A DNA stretch of 55,768 nt, taken from IMG/VR virus record IMGVR_UViG_3300020045_004268, positions 1 to 55,768 of that record, one strand, 5' to 3'. The notes below the pieces were generated by a model, which was not told where the DNA came from, searched no databases, and worked only from the letters and a program-made list of their open reading frames with translations. The stretch comes from a virus. Lineage: Duplodnaviria; Caudoviricetes. Both the position numbers and the translations under genes were made by a program. Positions 1-9,174 of the stretch are shown here, piece by piece. How positions within the stretch are numbered: the first letter of the stretch is position 1; each line of letters opens with the position of its first letter.

Positions 1-2032
1 AACCGTTAGCAAGATAGTACTGCTCACAGTTAATCATAAAATTGTCGAACTTTGACCATTCCGAATCATCCCAGTCAGAAAAAAGCATATGCCCAAATTC
101 ATCTAATGGAGTATGTTTAAAATTAAAGTATGAGGACATTTCTACTTCAAATTTACGCCTCTCAAATGATCCTCCAATACCTCCAATAGTGTAGTTAGTA
201 GTTATTAGTATCTTAGGGCTTTTCTCAACCGGAATAGATAAGGCATCCTGCCCTTTATATTCCAGGGTAATACCTTCGGTAATTAAACTGAATAGGTTTT
301 CAAAATTGAAGTTTTTCTTAACGTCGTCAAAAACTAATATTTGAGTATCGGTGCTTACTGTTTGGTACGGGAATGATTTAGTGAACTCAAAGGTTTTACC
401 ATCTATTGAAGACACTTTTTTCATGTTTTTTAAGGCATTCCAAAACAAACCTTTACCACTGCCGCCATTAGGGTTTTCAGATATAGTTTCATCGTTGAAT
501 ATAATAGCCTTGTTGTTAGCCGATGTTTTGAATGAGTGCAAAAGATAGCCTATAACCGATTTAAAGCTGTTATATTTACTTACATCCTGTCCTGAAATAA
601 GCCATAAGAATTTACGGAATACTGCTGTATGGTGGTCTGCCTTAGTAAAATTACGGTCAATAATTTGCCGTTTCCAAACATATCCATCAATATCAATATA
701 GTCGATTTCTTTAATGCCTGTTGCCGTAATCTCAACAACACAATTTTTGTAATACAAAAAGCAAACGTCTTTAGTGTCCTCTTTTATTTGAATATCCGTA
801 GTGCTAAGCATTGAAAGGAAATCAATCTTAAAATGAGAGGTATTAGAGGCCATGAAATCATACGGGGCATATCCAATATTGCTACGCTGCAAAATATCGC
901 TTAAAACGTAGTCTTTTATACGTTTATCGTTAGTTTCCTCTAATAGGTTCTGTTCTTTTTTTATAAAAGTAAAAGTATTACTCGTTGCTGAAGGATAGTA
1001 CTTAAAAAAGTTATTTTGCTCCAGCCAAAACTTGAATTTATGTGTTGATAGTATTATTTTGTTTTTATCATTGTAATACCAAAACTCATCAATATCTAAA
1101 CTTTCTTTTACCCGGCTTATGTCAACACCTTTAAATGCTGCTTCAACTTCTTTTTTACTTTTACCTGCCCTGATTTGTTTTTCTACACGTTCTTTAGTTT
1201 CGTAATCTTCAAAGAACTTATTAGCGGATAGTTTTTTATAAGCTGATTTAACAACGCTTTCAATTTCCTTACGGCTAAAACCATCAGAGGTAAATTTATA
1301 GCACTCATGTTCAGCATCAGTTTTTGATATTCCGAAGTCATTAAATGCCGCCGCTAATTTGTAAAGGTTATTATTACGGCTTCCTTTGTTTGCACCGTAT
1401 TTTTTGCCCCACCAGTCTAAAAGCCTTTGTATAATTTGGTTTGATGAGGTTAACGGTATTACAGGCTCAAAAACGCCTATGTCTTCAAGTTCCGGCGCTT
1501 CTAATTCAGTCCATATTGAACTTTCATAGTTTATATAAATATCGGGGTCATAGCTTTCAAAACAGAATCGGCTTACATCGCTACCGCTTTCATCCCAATT
1601 AGGGTGATTAAAGTGCGCTTCTAATGACTTGAAATAACCTTTGTGATTGTCTGCTATGGCTGGAACTTTAACTAACACCTTAATTCCCTTACCACTTGGG
1701 CTTAACCATGCTGAGAACACATACTCATCGCTGCTGATTGAATCTCTTAGTGAAACTGCATCCTCTGCGGTGGGGAACTTATCAAAATCCAACACAATGT
1801 AACCCGAATGCTCGATAAGCCCAGCTAACGAACGCTGACGAAATTTGCCATTGAAGCAGCACCCAGGCAAGGTAGATTTGTTTTTTGCATAGTCTTCATC
1901 GGACATTATTCGCAATTGCGTAATAAAGTCTTTTGAGGCACCCTCTTTTATTCTTTTTAAAGCGTAGTTAATATCTTTATTATAGGGGCTGTTGGCATCC
2001 TTTACCGATTTGAAAAATGATATAATGCTCAT
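1..2032 (-). CDS. Primase-helicase (BT4734/VirE_N primase domain plus SF3-like helicase), 3'-truncated by window edge
   Basis: Not in ORF track; both ends hand-translated from ATG at 2032: MSIISFFKSVKD...KSTLPGCCFNGKF...SGYIVLDFDK...AWLSPSGKGIKVLV...DVSRFCFESYDP; later GGSGKGLF (Walker A), ILVFDDV (Walker B), ILITTN, ERR. ATGA overlap with upstream ORF. Confidence 0.85.
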   Translation of the reverse strand, partial: MSIISFFKSVKDANSPYNKDINYALKRIKEGASKDFITQLRIMSDEDYAKNKSTLPGCCFNGKFRQRSLAGLIEHSGYIVLDFDKFPTAEDAVSLRDSISSDEYVFSAWLSPSGKGIKVLVKVPAIADNHKGYFKSLEAHFNHPNWDESGSDVSRFCFESYDPDIYINYESSIWTELEAPELEDIGVFEPVIPLTSSNQIIQRLLDWWGKKYGANKGSRNNNLYKLAAAFNDFGISKTDAEHECYKFTSDGFSRKEIESVVKSAYKKLSANKFFEDYETKERVEKQIRAGKSKKEVEAAFKGVDISRVKESLDIDEFWYYNDKNKIILSTHKFKFWLEQNNFFKYYPSATSNTFTFIKKEQNLLEETNDKRIKDYVLSDILQRSNIGYAPYDFMASNTSHFKIDFLSMLSTTDIQIKEDTKDVCFLYYKNCVVEITATGIKEIDYIDIDGYVWKRQIIDRNFTKADHHTAVFRKFLWLISGQDVSKYNSFKSVIGYLLHSFKTSANNKAIIFNDETISENPNGGSGKGLFWNALKNMKKVSSIDGKTFEFTKSFPYQTVSTDTQILVFDDVKKNFNFENLFSLITEGITLEYKGQDALSIPVEKSPKILITTNYTIGGIGGSFERRKFEVEMSSYFNFKHTPLDEFGHMLFSDWDDSEWSKFDNFMINCEQYYLANG

Positions 2033-2415
2033 GATATATTTAGTTCTAAGAACGGGTTCTTTGATTCATGTTTGGGTACTCCGTTTTCATAATAAAAAAC
2101 AACCCCATTGTAAAGTGCAATAAAGTTTTTAGAACGGTTGTTTTTATCAGATTTACTGAAAATCTTTATATTGTCAAATGAGTTGTTAACCCAGCACTCA
2201 TCAATATGCCCAAAAGATATAGTATAGCAGTTACAGCCTTCAAAACCAAATAAGTGTTTACCGATTGTTATGCACAAGTCTTCAGATACTCCTGATATTC
2301 TATAAAACAGCCCAGGGCGCTTAAAACTTAAATCATTAATTTCTTTATTGGTTTCTTTTTCGTAAACCTTGCCATCGGGGTTAATGTAATGGTTTTCAAA
2401 TTCTATTTTATCCAT
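2029..2415 (-). CDS. Hypothetical protein, translationally coupled to primase-helicase
   Basis: 128 aa ORF; N-terminal YINPDGKVY weakly NUMOD4-like. Confidence 0.65.
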   Translation of the reverse strand: MDKIEFENHYINPDGKVYEKETNKEINDLSFKRPGLFYRISGVSEDLCITIGKHLFGFEGCNCYTISFGHIDECWVNNSFDNIKIFSKSDKNNRSKNFIALYNGVVFYYENGVPKHESKNPFLELNIS

Positions 2416-2529
2416 AAAATAAAAAATCGTTTAGGTTTCTGAGGTGGTGGCTCATACTCCCTAAACGATTAAGTTATAATTTTTTCATTCATGCCAAACC
2501 CACCACGGATAACATGTTATGCAAATATA
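2416..2529 (-). ncRNA. Structured 5' leader copy 1 (promoter plus kissing-loop hairpins)
   Basis: TATATTTG at 2529-2522; hairpin 2490-2516 with GUGGUGG; hairpin 2425-2470 loop CCACCAC, GAGUA/GAAA internal loop, U-tract, then ATG. Confidence 0.7.
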
Positions 2530-2806
2530 GTAAATATATTTAATTTAAACATGTGTGTTATATGTTTTATTGAATTTTATAAAAAGCACCTTTTTAATAT
2601 GTTGATTGTTAGTGTATTAAAAAAACACATGTTTTATAACTATCTTATTTTCAGAGTTTTAAAAAAAGTGCGTCGTTGCGGCTAATTTTTGCCGACTTTT
2701 GAAAAAAAGATGAAAAATAGCCTTTTCTCAAAAAACGCGTTTTTCTTTAAGGGTAAACCGACCCCCTGTTTTGACACATACGACGCGCCTATAAAACACG
2801 CTCATA

Positions 2807-2830
2807 AAAAAACCCGCTATCTATAGCAGG
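2807..2830 (-). terminator. Rho-independent terminator
   Basis: CCTGCTAT-AG-ATAGCGGG followed by T7 at end of SF2 helicase. Confidence 0.6.
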
Positions 2831-4460
2831 CTTCTAATTTTGATTTTATTTTATCGTGTAAGTAGTGATAAGTACGTGGCACACCGTTAGTTAACATGTT
2901 TACATATCCGTAATTTTTCTCTAAATACTCCTGTATTCGTTGCTCTAAATAGCCTGTTTTGCATCGTTTTTCGTATATTTCGGATGTGACACGGTTAAGT
3001 TTCCAAAGGTCTACATATCTCTCAATAAGAATATTGTAGTAATCGTTTTTGTTATCAGTTGTACGCTTTACAAACTCGGCAATCTTTTTACCATTAGGTA
3101 TTGGCACAACTGATACAGCCGTAGTTTTAGTTGTTGCCCTTTCAGGTTCGTCTTCAAATAGCTTAGGCTGTACTACGCGTTGCTGTGACTGGTTTTTATA
3201 GCTACAATCAGGGCATTCATCTGAAGCACTCCCTATCCAGTTGTAAGCGCATTTTTCACACTGTATCAGTATTTCCTTTTTCTTTTTTGCAGGAACTAAG
3301 CCGTTATAAAAAATTTTACCCCAGTCAATATTATCCGACCACCCGTAATCTTTAAAGCGTTTTATATTGCCGCCTAAGTCAATAAGTGTGAAGAAGGGTT
3401 TATATATCTTATTACTTACACGTCCCCCACGACCTACTATTTGGTGAAATAATGAAAGCGATTTAGTTGGCCGATTAAGAATAATAGCCTCTACTTCTTT
3501 GTCATCAAATCCAGTTGTAAACGTGCCTGTGCTTACTAATATACCCTCTTGGGTATTCCTATACCATTCAAGTATTTTTGAACGCTCTGACGTGTCATTA
3601 TTCACGCTATCATAGCTTTTAATATCATATCCTTTTTCTGAAAACACATCTACCAAAGAAAGGTTTTGTTTTGTTGAGGCTGTAAAAATCATGGTTTTTT
3701 TCCCTAATAGCTTTTCTTCGTATTCGGCTAACACATCTAAATCATGCTTTGTACTTTCCTCTGCTATTTCATTCTCATCAAAATCATCATTTTCTTTAGC
3801 TTCTAAGTTCTCATAATAGTTATATGAAAAAATAACCTCACCAACTAATGCGCCCTCATCTATAAGGGTTTTAATCGGAACTCCTGGAATAAATCCATCA
3901 TACATTTGCGACATGGTAACCGGTACTGACCATTTTTCAGCCTTTTCATTATAACAGCATTCAATACGTGCATCATGTTTTTTTTCGCAATACTGGCACT
4001 TGTAAATTGTGTTACGCTTATTTATTATAGGCGTGGCCGTGAATGCTACCCGTTTTGCATTACTAAACAGGCTAAAGGTTTTCAAGAATACGCCCTCATG
4101 TGCCTCGTCAATAACATGTAGCCCAATAGGTAATGATAATTTACGGCTCCATATAGTTTGCGTCATACCAACGTAGACACGGGTTACAAAGTTATTTTTT
4201 GATTTAGCTGTAATCTTTTCGTTTAGTATTCCGAAATTAGCTAATGTATCTGAAGTTTGAGACACAAGCTCATCACGGTGTACTGAAATTAAAACCATCT
4301 TATCGGGGTTTAATTCTAACCATCTACGTATGAACTCAGACATTATAACGGTCTTGCCGCTGCCGGTAGCAGATTGACATAATACCGAATCATATAATTG
4401 TAGCTGCTCAAAAATAGAGGTTATCATATCCTCTTGGTAGTAGTACGGGGTTATTTTCAT
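2817..4460 (-). CDS. SF2 DEAH-box helicase (RadD/YejH-like) with Zn-finger motifs
   Basis: ATGSGKT, DEAH, TATP, TTGFD, QIVGRGGR, CxxC pairs. Confidence 0.9.
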   Translation of the reverse strand: MKITPYYYQEDMITSIFEQLQLYDSVLCQSATGSGKTVIMSEFIRRWLELNPDKMVLISVHRDELVSQTSDTLANFGILNEKITAKSKNNFVTRVYVGMTQTIWSRKLSLPIGLHVIDEAHEGVFLKTFSLFSNAKRVAFTATPIINKRNTIYKCQYCEKKHDARIECCYNEKAEKWSVPVTMSQMYDGFIPGVPIKTLIDEGALVGEVIFSYNYYENLEAKENDDFDENEIAEESTKHDLDVLAEYEEKLLGKKTMIFTASTKQNLSLVDVFSEKGYDIKSYDSVNNDTSERSKILEWYRNTQEGILVSTGTFTTGFDDKEVEAIILNRPTKSLSLFHQIVGRGGRVSNKIYKPFFTLIDLGGNIKRFKDYGWSDNIDWGKIFYNGLVPAKKKKEILIQCEKCAYNWIGSASDECPDCSYKNQSQQRVVQPKLFEDEPERATTKTTAVSVVPIPNGKKIAEFVKRTTDNKNDYYNILIERYVDLWKLNRVTSEIYEKRCKTGYLEQRIQEYLEKNYGYVNMLTNGVPRTYHYLHDKIKSKLEACYR

Positions 4461-5629
4461 ATCAATATCCTTAACCCTTTCGGAGTTCTAACCCTGCTCA
4501 ACGCCACATACATCTGCCCTGGTGCAAAGCACGGCATTTTTAAATCAATACTAACTTCATCAAATGTAAGACCTTGTGATTTGTGAATGCTGAGTGCGTA
4601 AGCTAATTTAATTGGCACCTGCGTAATGCTGCCAATTTCCGTTAGTTCAAGCTGACGTAATTTTGTGTTTAGAACATATTCTTTTTTAGTGAACTTAATA
4701 GGCTCAATAGCAAACTTAACACCATCCACTTCAATAAAGTATTTTTCACCATCGGTACGGAATATACCTAATGTGCCATTGAATAGATTATTGTTTTTTG
4801 AATTAGCCAAATACATAATTTTACACCCGTCTTTTACCTTTACAACCGGGTCTAAGTTGAAGTCAGTAAACTTAACATTTCCCTCAATTATTCCTGTGAA
4901 GGTGTGCAGTTCGTTTTCAACTGATGCCAGCCCCTCAATGTTATATTTTTCTACAGTTGAGTTATGCGGGGCTAATACAATACCTTTAGGAGTATCTGAA
5001 ACGAATTGCCTAAAGTATGATGCTTTACCACCCTCACGAACGATATTGAGAGCATCAATAAAATCAGCATCAGACTGCCTTAAGACTTCAGTAAGGTCAA
5101 TTTCAATACAGTTTAATTGCTTATAAACTTGTGAATGCCTAAACGTAGTGCCTTGGTATTTTTCAAGAATAACGCTCATCATATTGTCGTCGGCGACTAT
5201 ACCTAATTGTGCCATATCCCCAACTAATACAATTTGTATATCGTTCAGTCCTTTGCATTTGTTTTTTATCAGCGTCCAGTTTATAGCGTCCAGTATATCG
5301 GGGCGAACCATACTAACTTCATCAATAAAAAGCACATCAATATTTTGCAATACAGACCTTTTAGTAGGCTTCATATAATTGCATTCCTTATACGTTAATA
5401 CGCCGAATGGCGGCAAGATAAATGTGCTGTGCATCGTAGCACCGCCTACATTATTAGCAGCTATGCCGGTAGGTGCAACAACTAAAACGTTTTTGCCTTT
5501 ATCCTGTAGCTGTTTAATGGCTTTTTTGGTAACTGTAGATTTACCTGTTCCCGCCTTGCCTGTTAAGAATATATTTTTACCCTCATGCACGGCATTTAAA
5601 AAAAGTTCTTGTGATTTTGAATATTGCAT
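4457..5629 (-). CDS. Pif1/RecD-like SF1B helicase
   Basis: GKAGTGKS, APTGIAA, DEVSM, GDMAQL, LAYALSIHKSQGLT, YVALSR; start moved to ATG at 5629 because 5653 lies inside the leader hairpin. Confidence 0.9.
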   Translation of the reverse strand: MQYSKSQELFLNAVHEGKNIFLTGKAGTGKSTVTKKAIKQLQDKGKNVLVVAPTGIAANNVGGATMHSTFILPPFGVLTYKECNYMKPTKRSVLQNIDVLFIDEVSMVRPDILDAINWTLIKNKCKGLNDIQIVLVGDMAQLGIVADDNMMSVILEKYQGTTFRHSQVYKQLNCIEIDLTEVLRQSDADFIDALNIVREGGKASYFRQFVSDTPKGIVLAPHNSTVEKYNIEGLASVENELHTFTGIIEGNVKFTDFNLDPVVKVKDGCKIMYLANSKNNNLFNGTLGIFRTDGEKYFIEVDGVKFAIEPIKFTKKEYVLNTKLRQLELTEIGSITQVPIKLAYALSIHKSQGLTFDEVSIDLKMPCFAPGQMYVALSRVRTPKGLRILI

Positions 5630-5770
5630 AATGTAATAAAAAAACAAACCCATTAACTCGCCGTGTCTACTCGGCTTATTAATGGGTGTTTTTGGTTAAG
5701 GTTAACCAGTATCGTGATAGAGGTAGACATTCTCTATTGCAAATGTAGTAAAATATTTTGAATGAGCAAA
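5630..5770 (-). ncRNA. Structured 5' leader copy 2 (promoter plus kissing-loop hairpins)
   Basis: TTTG-N19-TACATTTG promoter; hairpin 5717-5737 loop UGUCUAC; hairpin ~5646-5692 loop GUAGACA, UAA/GAG internal loop, U-tract. Confidence 0.7.
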
Positions 5771-5802
5771 TTTTATTTTTCCTACAATTTTATTCTTACA
5801 CG

Positions 5803-6033
5803 TTATTTACTATAAAAAGTTAGTTTACCGCCGCTTCTCAGCTTTCGTACTATCTTATCCTGCTTTGTCGCCAGTACATCGGTCAGCAACTCAGAGGTGC
5901 GTTTCTTGCCTATTATTCTATTCAGGTACGGAATACCCACACTTGTACTAATACGGTTGCAAAGTTTTTGGCATCCAATATATACAGGCGGCACGTTTAG
6001 CTTAATGTTGAAGTGGCGGTAGATTGAGTTCAT
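5803..6033 (-). CDS. Hypothetical basic protein
   Basis: 76 aa ORF, ATGA-coupled. Confidence 0.6.
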   Translation of the reverse strand: MNSIYRHFNIKLNVPPVYIGCQKLCNRISTSVGIPYLNRIIGKKRTSELLTDVLATKQDKIVRKLRSGGKLTFYSK

Positions 6034-6596
6034 AACTGCTGGTAAATAACCTTAATACCTAAACTAATAGCGGTGTTAACTTCAATTATCGCTCCCTTAC
6101 TATCCTGCCAATTGCTAAGCGCATAAACATATTTGCAGTTCATAAGGGCTTTAATACATTCCCTCATATAAGACTGCCATGTTTTGTCATGCTTGTGTGA
6201 TAGCTTAGTAGGGTTAATCGGGTTAAGTTTAAGCTGTTTTAAATGCAACTCGGCAGCTTCAAACAATTTTTTGTAGTTTTCTAAACCAGTAATCTTGCCT
6301 GCAATGTAAATGTTTTTAGGTATGAATAAAGCCGTGCCAGGAACCATTGAAACAAAATTATTGTACATGGCTTTATAATGCTTATCTACATCCATTAGGT
6401 CGCTATGCTGTTTTAACCCATGCATAACAGAGGCGTGGTCTTTGTTCATTTCATCACCTATCTTCTGAAGGGAGAAACCCTCTTTGCGCATTATTTGATA
6501 AATGGCATATCTTGCATATACTGAATTGCGTTTCCTATACGTTGCAAGTGGGCTACTACCGTACACCTCGGTTGCTATTTCAATTATTTCTTCCAT
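6030..6596 (-). CDS. DnaA C-terminal (domain IV)-like HTH fused to DUF4406 (nucleoside deoxyribosyltransferase-like)
   Basis: RKRNSVYAR...SLQKIGDEMNKDHASVMHG then IYIAGKITG...INP...W..YM..CI..L..C...L.NW.DSKGA..E. Confidence 0.75.
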   Translation of the reverse strand: MEEIIEIATEVYGSSPLATYRKRNSVYARYAIYQIMRKEGFSLQKIGDEMNKDHASVMHGLKQHSDLMDVDKHYKAMYNNFVSMVPGTALFIPKNIYIAGKITGLENYKKLFEAAELHLKQLKLNPINPTKLSHKHDKTWQSYMRECIKALMNCKYVYALSNWQDSKGAIIEVNTAISLGIKVIYQQL

Positions 6597-6597
6597 C

Positions 6598-6678
6598 TTA
6601 GTATATTGGTTTAGGCAGTTCTGTTACGGGGCGGTAGGCCTCCTGTATGGCTTTCTGTTTTCGTTGTTGGTTTGTCAT
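6598..6678 (-). pseudogene. 26-aa mini-ORF, possible internally deleted gene remnant
   Basis: MTNQQRKQKAIQEAYRPVTELPKPIY; ATGA overlap with upstream ORF. Confidence 0.4.
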
Positions 6679-6875
6679 TTTAACAATTTAATTTTATGTG
6701 TTATGTAACAACACCAAGAGTTACTCATTGGATAATAATGTAGGTTTTTTGTGTTGCATCGTGTGCATACTTTTTGAGATTGTTCATTATCTATTTTTCG
6801 GTTTTGTTTTAAAAAATCGATTTCTTGCTCTCTTTGATTTATTTCTTTCAAAATAGCTTCATGTACTTTCATCAT
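6675..6875 (-). CDS. Hypothetical protein with CxxC
   Basis: 66 aa coupled ORF. Confidence 0.55.
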   Translation of the reverse strand: MMKVHEAILKEINQREQEIDFLKQNRKIDNEQSQKVCTRCNTKNLHYYPMSNSWCCYITHKIKLLK

Positions 6876-7138
6876 TCCTCAATTTTAAAGTGGTTATCGA
6901 ATAGGTGTAGGGGGAGTTCGTCTCTACTAAAAAAATCCCTATCTTGTTCTGGTGAATGCATAATTTCTTTGTTCTCCCAGTAGATAAACGGCTTATCAAC
7001 ATGGTCTAATTCAGGCTCCTCAATGAAAGCCCACGCATACCCCATTTTAAACAGTTCCTTTTGCAGTATTTCGCTCTGCTGTGGCGTTACCTCCATCTTA
7101 CCTGAAGACTGGAGGGGAAGGGTTAATTTAGTCGGCAT
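6872..7138 (-). CDS. Hypothetical protein
   Basis: 88 aa coupled ORF. Confidence 0.65.
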   Translation of the reverse strand: MPTKLTLPLQSSGKMEVTPQQSEILQKELFKMGYAWAFIEEPELDHVDKPFIYWENKEIMHSPEQDRDFFSRDELPLHLFDNHFKIEE

Positions 7139-7485
7139 TATTCTAATCCTAAAAAGTTCTTGTATTTTTCTAAAACATTAGAAATATCATCTATGTTTAT
7201 CTCTTTAGCCGCTTTTTTAAAGAGATAGTCGCTATCTTCTTCAACGTGCCAAAAAAGTTCTGTAATGTCTTTTTTAAGTTCACGGGCGGTATCTAAACCT
7301 CTGCTCCATTTGTTGTAAATTTGTAAGGCCTTTGCATAATCCTCTCCTACTTTTTTATCGATTTTATCGGCGAGTTCTGCAAAATCTTCACGGCTTAAAC
7401 CTATGGTTACTCCATTAATTTCTATTCTATGGTCAAAAGCAGGCATGCCGCCTAAATAATGTCCTTCTTTTATTTCTACACTCAT
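7138..7485 (-). CDS. Hypothetical protein
   Basis: 115 aa ORF in operon. Confidence 0.65.
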   Translation of the reverse strand: MSVEIKEGHYLGGMPAFDHRIEINGVTIGLSREDFAELADKIDKKVGEDYAKALQIYNKWSRGLDTARELKKDITELFWHVEEDSDYLFKKAAKEINIDDISNVLEKYKNFLGLE

Positions 7486-7492
7486 ACTATTT

Positions 7493-7990
7493 TTATTTTA
7501 AGTTTATCTCTTTACCTATTCCACGTTCAATGAGCTGCATCGTGTCGAAGTTCCAGGCTTCTAATTGCTTATCAATAGGCTTAGTATCGAATAGTATTCC
7601 ATCCAATGCGGCGTTAAGCAATGTAAAAAAACCTCCCTCATAGCTAAACTGAAAATAATGGTCGTAGCTGGTAACCGACACCTCCGTAGTTATCTCCCAC
7701 TCTGTTTTTTTAACCATGTTAGCCAGTTCCACAATTGGCACCCCTATCCCTTCTATTTCTGTAGTAAGGCGTGAAAGGGGGTGGCACGCTATCCAATGGG
7801 TAACGCCGATGTCAGATATTTTAATAGCCTCTTTATAAGGGCTTACTTGTCCAATTGGTAAAACATCCCTCACGGTAAATATATCTTCTATTGCGCCTAC
7901 CACTAAGCATTGCCTGCCGCCAGCATCCACCAGTCTATACCCGTTCCCCGCAATAAGGTGGGCTTCTTGTTTTGTGAGGTTAGTTGTCAT
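7493..7990 (-). CDS. Hypothetical protein
   Basis: 165 aa; HPLSRLT..I and WNFD...LIERG motifs recalled from Bacteroidota phage accessory genes. Confidence 0.65.
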   Translation of the reverse strand: MTTNLTKQEAHLIAGNGYRLVDAGGRQCLVVGAIEDIFTVRDVLPIGQVSPYKEAIKISDIGVTHWIACHPLSRLTTEIEGIGVPIVELANMVKKTEWEITTEVSVTSYDHYFQFSYEGGFFTLLNAALDGILFDTKPIDKQLEAWNFDTMQLIERGIGKEINLK

Positions 7991-8243
7991 TTTCAGGAGT
8001 TATTAAAACAATTTCTTTAAGATTACTGGATGCGTTTAAAAACATTTCGTAGTTAAAGTAAATGTTGTTTTTTGTTTGAAGTATTACCTCTTTTTGGGCA
8101 GGCTTTATCGATACTATTTTGAACACGTTAAAGCGATATGTTTTCGGATAATCGTGTATATTACTGTGGAACTCACACGCAACCGTATCGCCTTTTTTAA
8201 GTGCTTCAAAATCTGCTATTGTTTCAAGTTTTTTAAATTCCAT
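7980..8243 (-). CDS. Hypothetical protein
   Basis: 87 aa ORF. Confidence 0.65.
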   Translation of the reverse strand: MEFKKLETIADFEALKKGDTVACEFHSNIHDYPKTYRFNVFKIVSIKPAQKEVILQTKNNIYFNYEMFLNASSNLKEIVLITPENDN

Positions 8244-8282
8244 TCTCTTTTGTTTTAGCCTTTCGGCATAGGTTAGTTAATC

Positions 8283-9167
8283 TTAAGTTGCTTTGCAAAA
8301 ACAGTCTGTTTCAAACTCGAACAGGTCTTTTTGTTGTTGTGAAAGTTCGTGCATGTCTTCTGCTTTCGTGAAAGGACGTTTGGCCATATCTATAATTTGC
8401 CGAATGCTTTTGTTGGTTCTTAAGTCAAATCTTGGCACTTCTTCTGTAGCATTTATTTCTTCTTGTTCAAGCCACCATGTAGCTACATCGGGGTTTTCTT
8501 TTATAATTGTGAGCCTCTTTTTTAGAGACTTTTTAAAACATAAGTCACAATTACCCTCGTAGTCTTTTAATTGTAAATCAAAATCCTGCCTACTCCACCA
8601 ACTTCTGATAAATTTACTATCTACTTTAAATTCATCACATAGCGGATATATGGTTTTTAGGTCAGTTACCGACTTTCTATGAGCCTCATCCGCACGTATA
8701 CCTACAACACTGGTATAATTAAAACCTCTTAGAAAAGCCTCTTTAGGTCTTTGTTTCAACTCCCTTGTGCAATTAGAAGCCCTATTGTTAGGCATCGTAT
8801 ATTTTCTTAGCATTGCTGCAAAGGGTTGTCCTTTCCTTGAAGCGGTTTTGAAGTTTACAATTTTATAACCAGTGCCGGAACCCTTGATGCGATTTATTAC
8901 AGCTTCAAGCCATATTGTTTTGAAATTCCAACGCACATCACATTCATTAGCGAAAAATAAACTTTCTTCTTTCTCCTTACCCGTGTTCATAAATAACACA
9001 TAGCACCGATCTCCTTTGTTATTTGTGTGGTAGTGGTATTCCGGATTTCCTTTAGATAAATAAACTCCCACAGTCTTGTTAAATCCGTTTCTCTCTAAAA
9101 AGTATCTAACTAAAAAAGCTGATGTTCTCCCGCTTGAAAAAAGTAATACATATACTTTGTTCTCCAT
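8283..9167 (-). CDS. PAPS-reductase-like (PP-loop) protein with Fe-S-type cysteines
   Basis: FSSGRTS, FMNTGKE, CTRELK, GIRADE, YPL, GNCDLCFKK, C-terminal CFC. Confidence 0.8.
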   Translation of the reverse strand: MENKVYVLLFSSGRTSAFLVRYFLERNGFNKTVGVYLSKGNPEYHYHTNNKGDRCYVLFMNTGKEKEESLFFANECDVRWNFKTIWLEAVINRIKGSGTGYKIVNFKTASRKGQPFAAMLRKYTMPNNRASNCTRELKQRPKEAFLRGFNYTSVVGIRADEAHRKSVTDLKTIYPLCDEFKVDSKFIRSWWSRQDFDLQLKDYEGNCDLCFKKSLKKRLTIIKENPDVATWWLEQEEINATEEVPRFDLRTNKSIRQIIDMAKRPFTKAEDMHELSQQQKDLFEFETDCFCKAT

Positions 9168-9174
9168 CTTCTCT

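Noticed and set aside
2491-2685. 64-aa plus-strand ORF in an intergenic gap
   Set aside because: Low-complexity translation across promoter and AT-rich repeats; regulatory DNA is a better explanation
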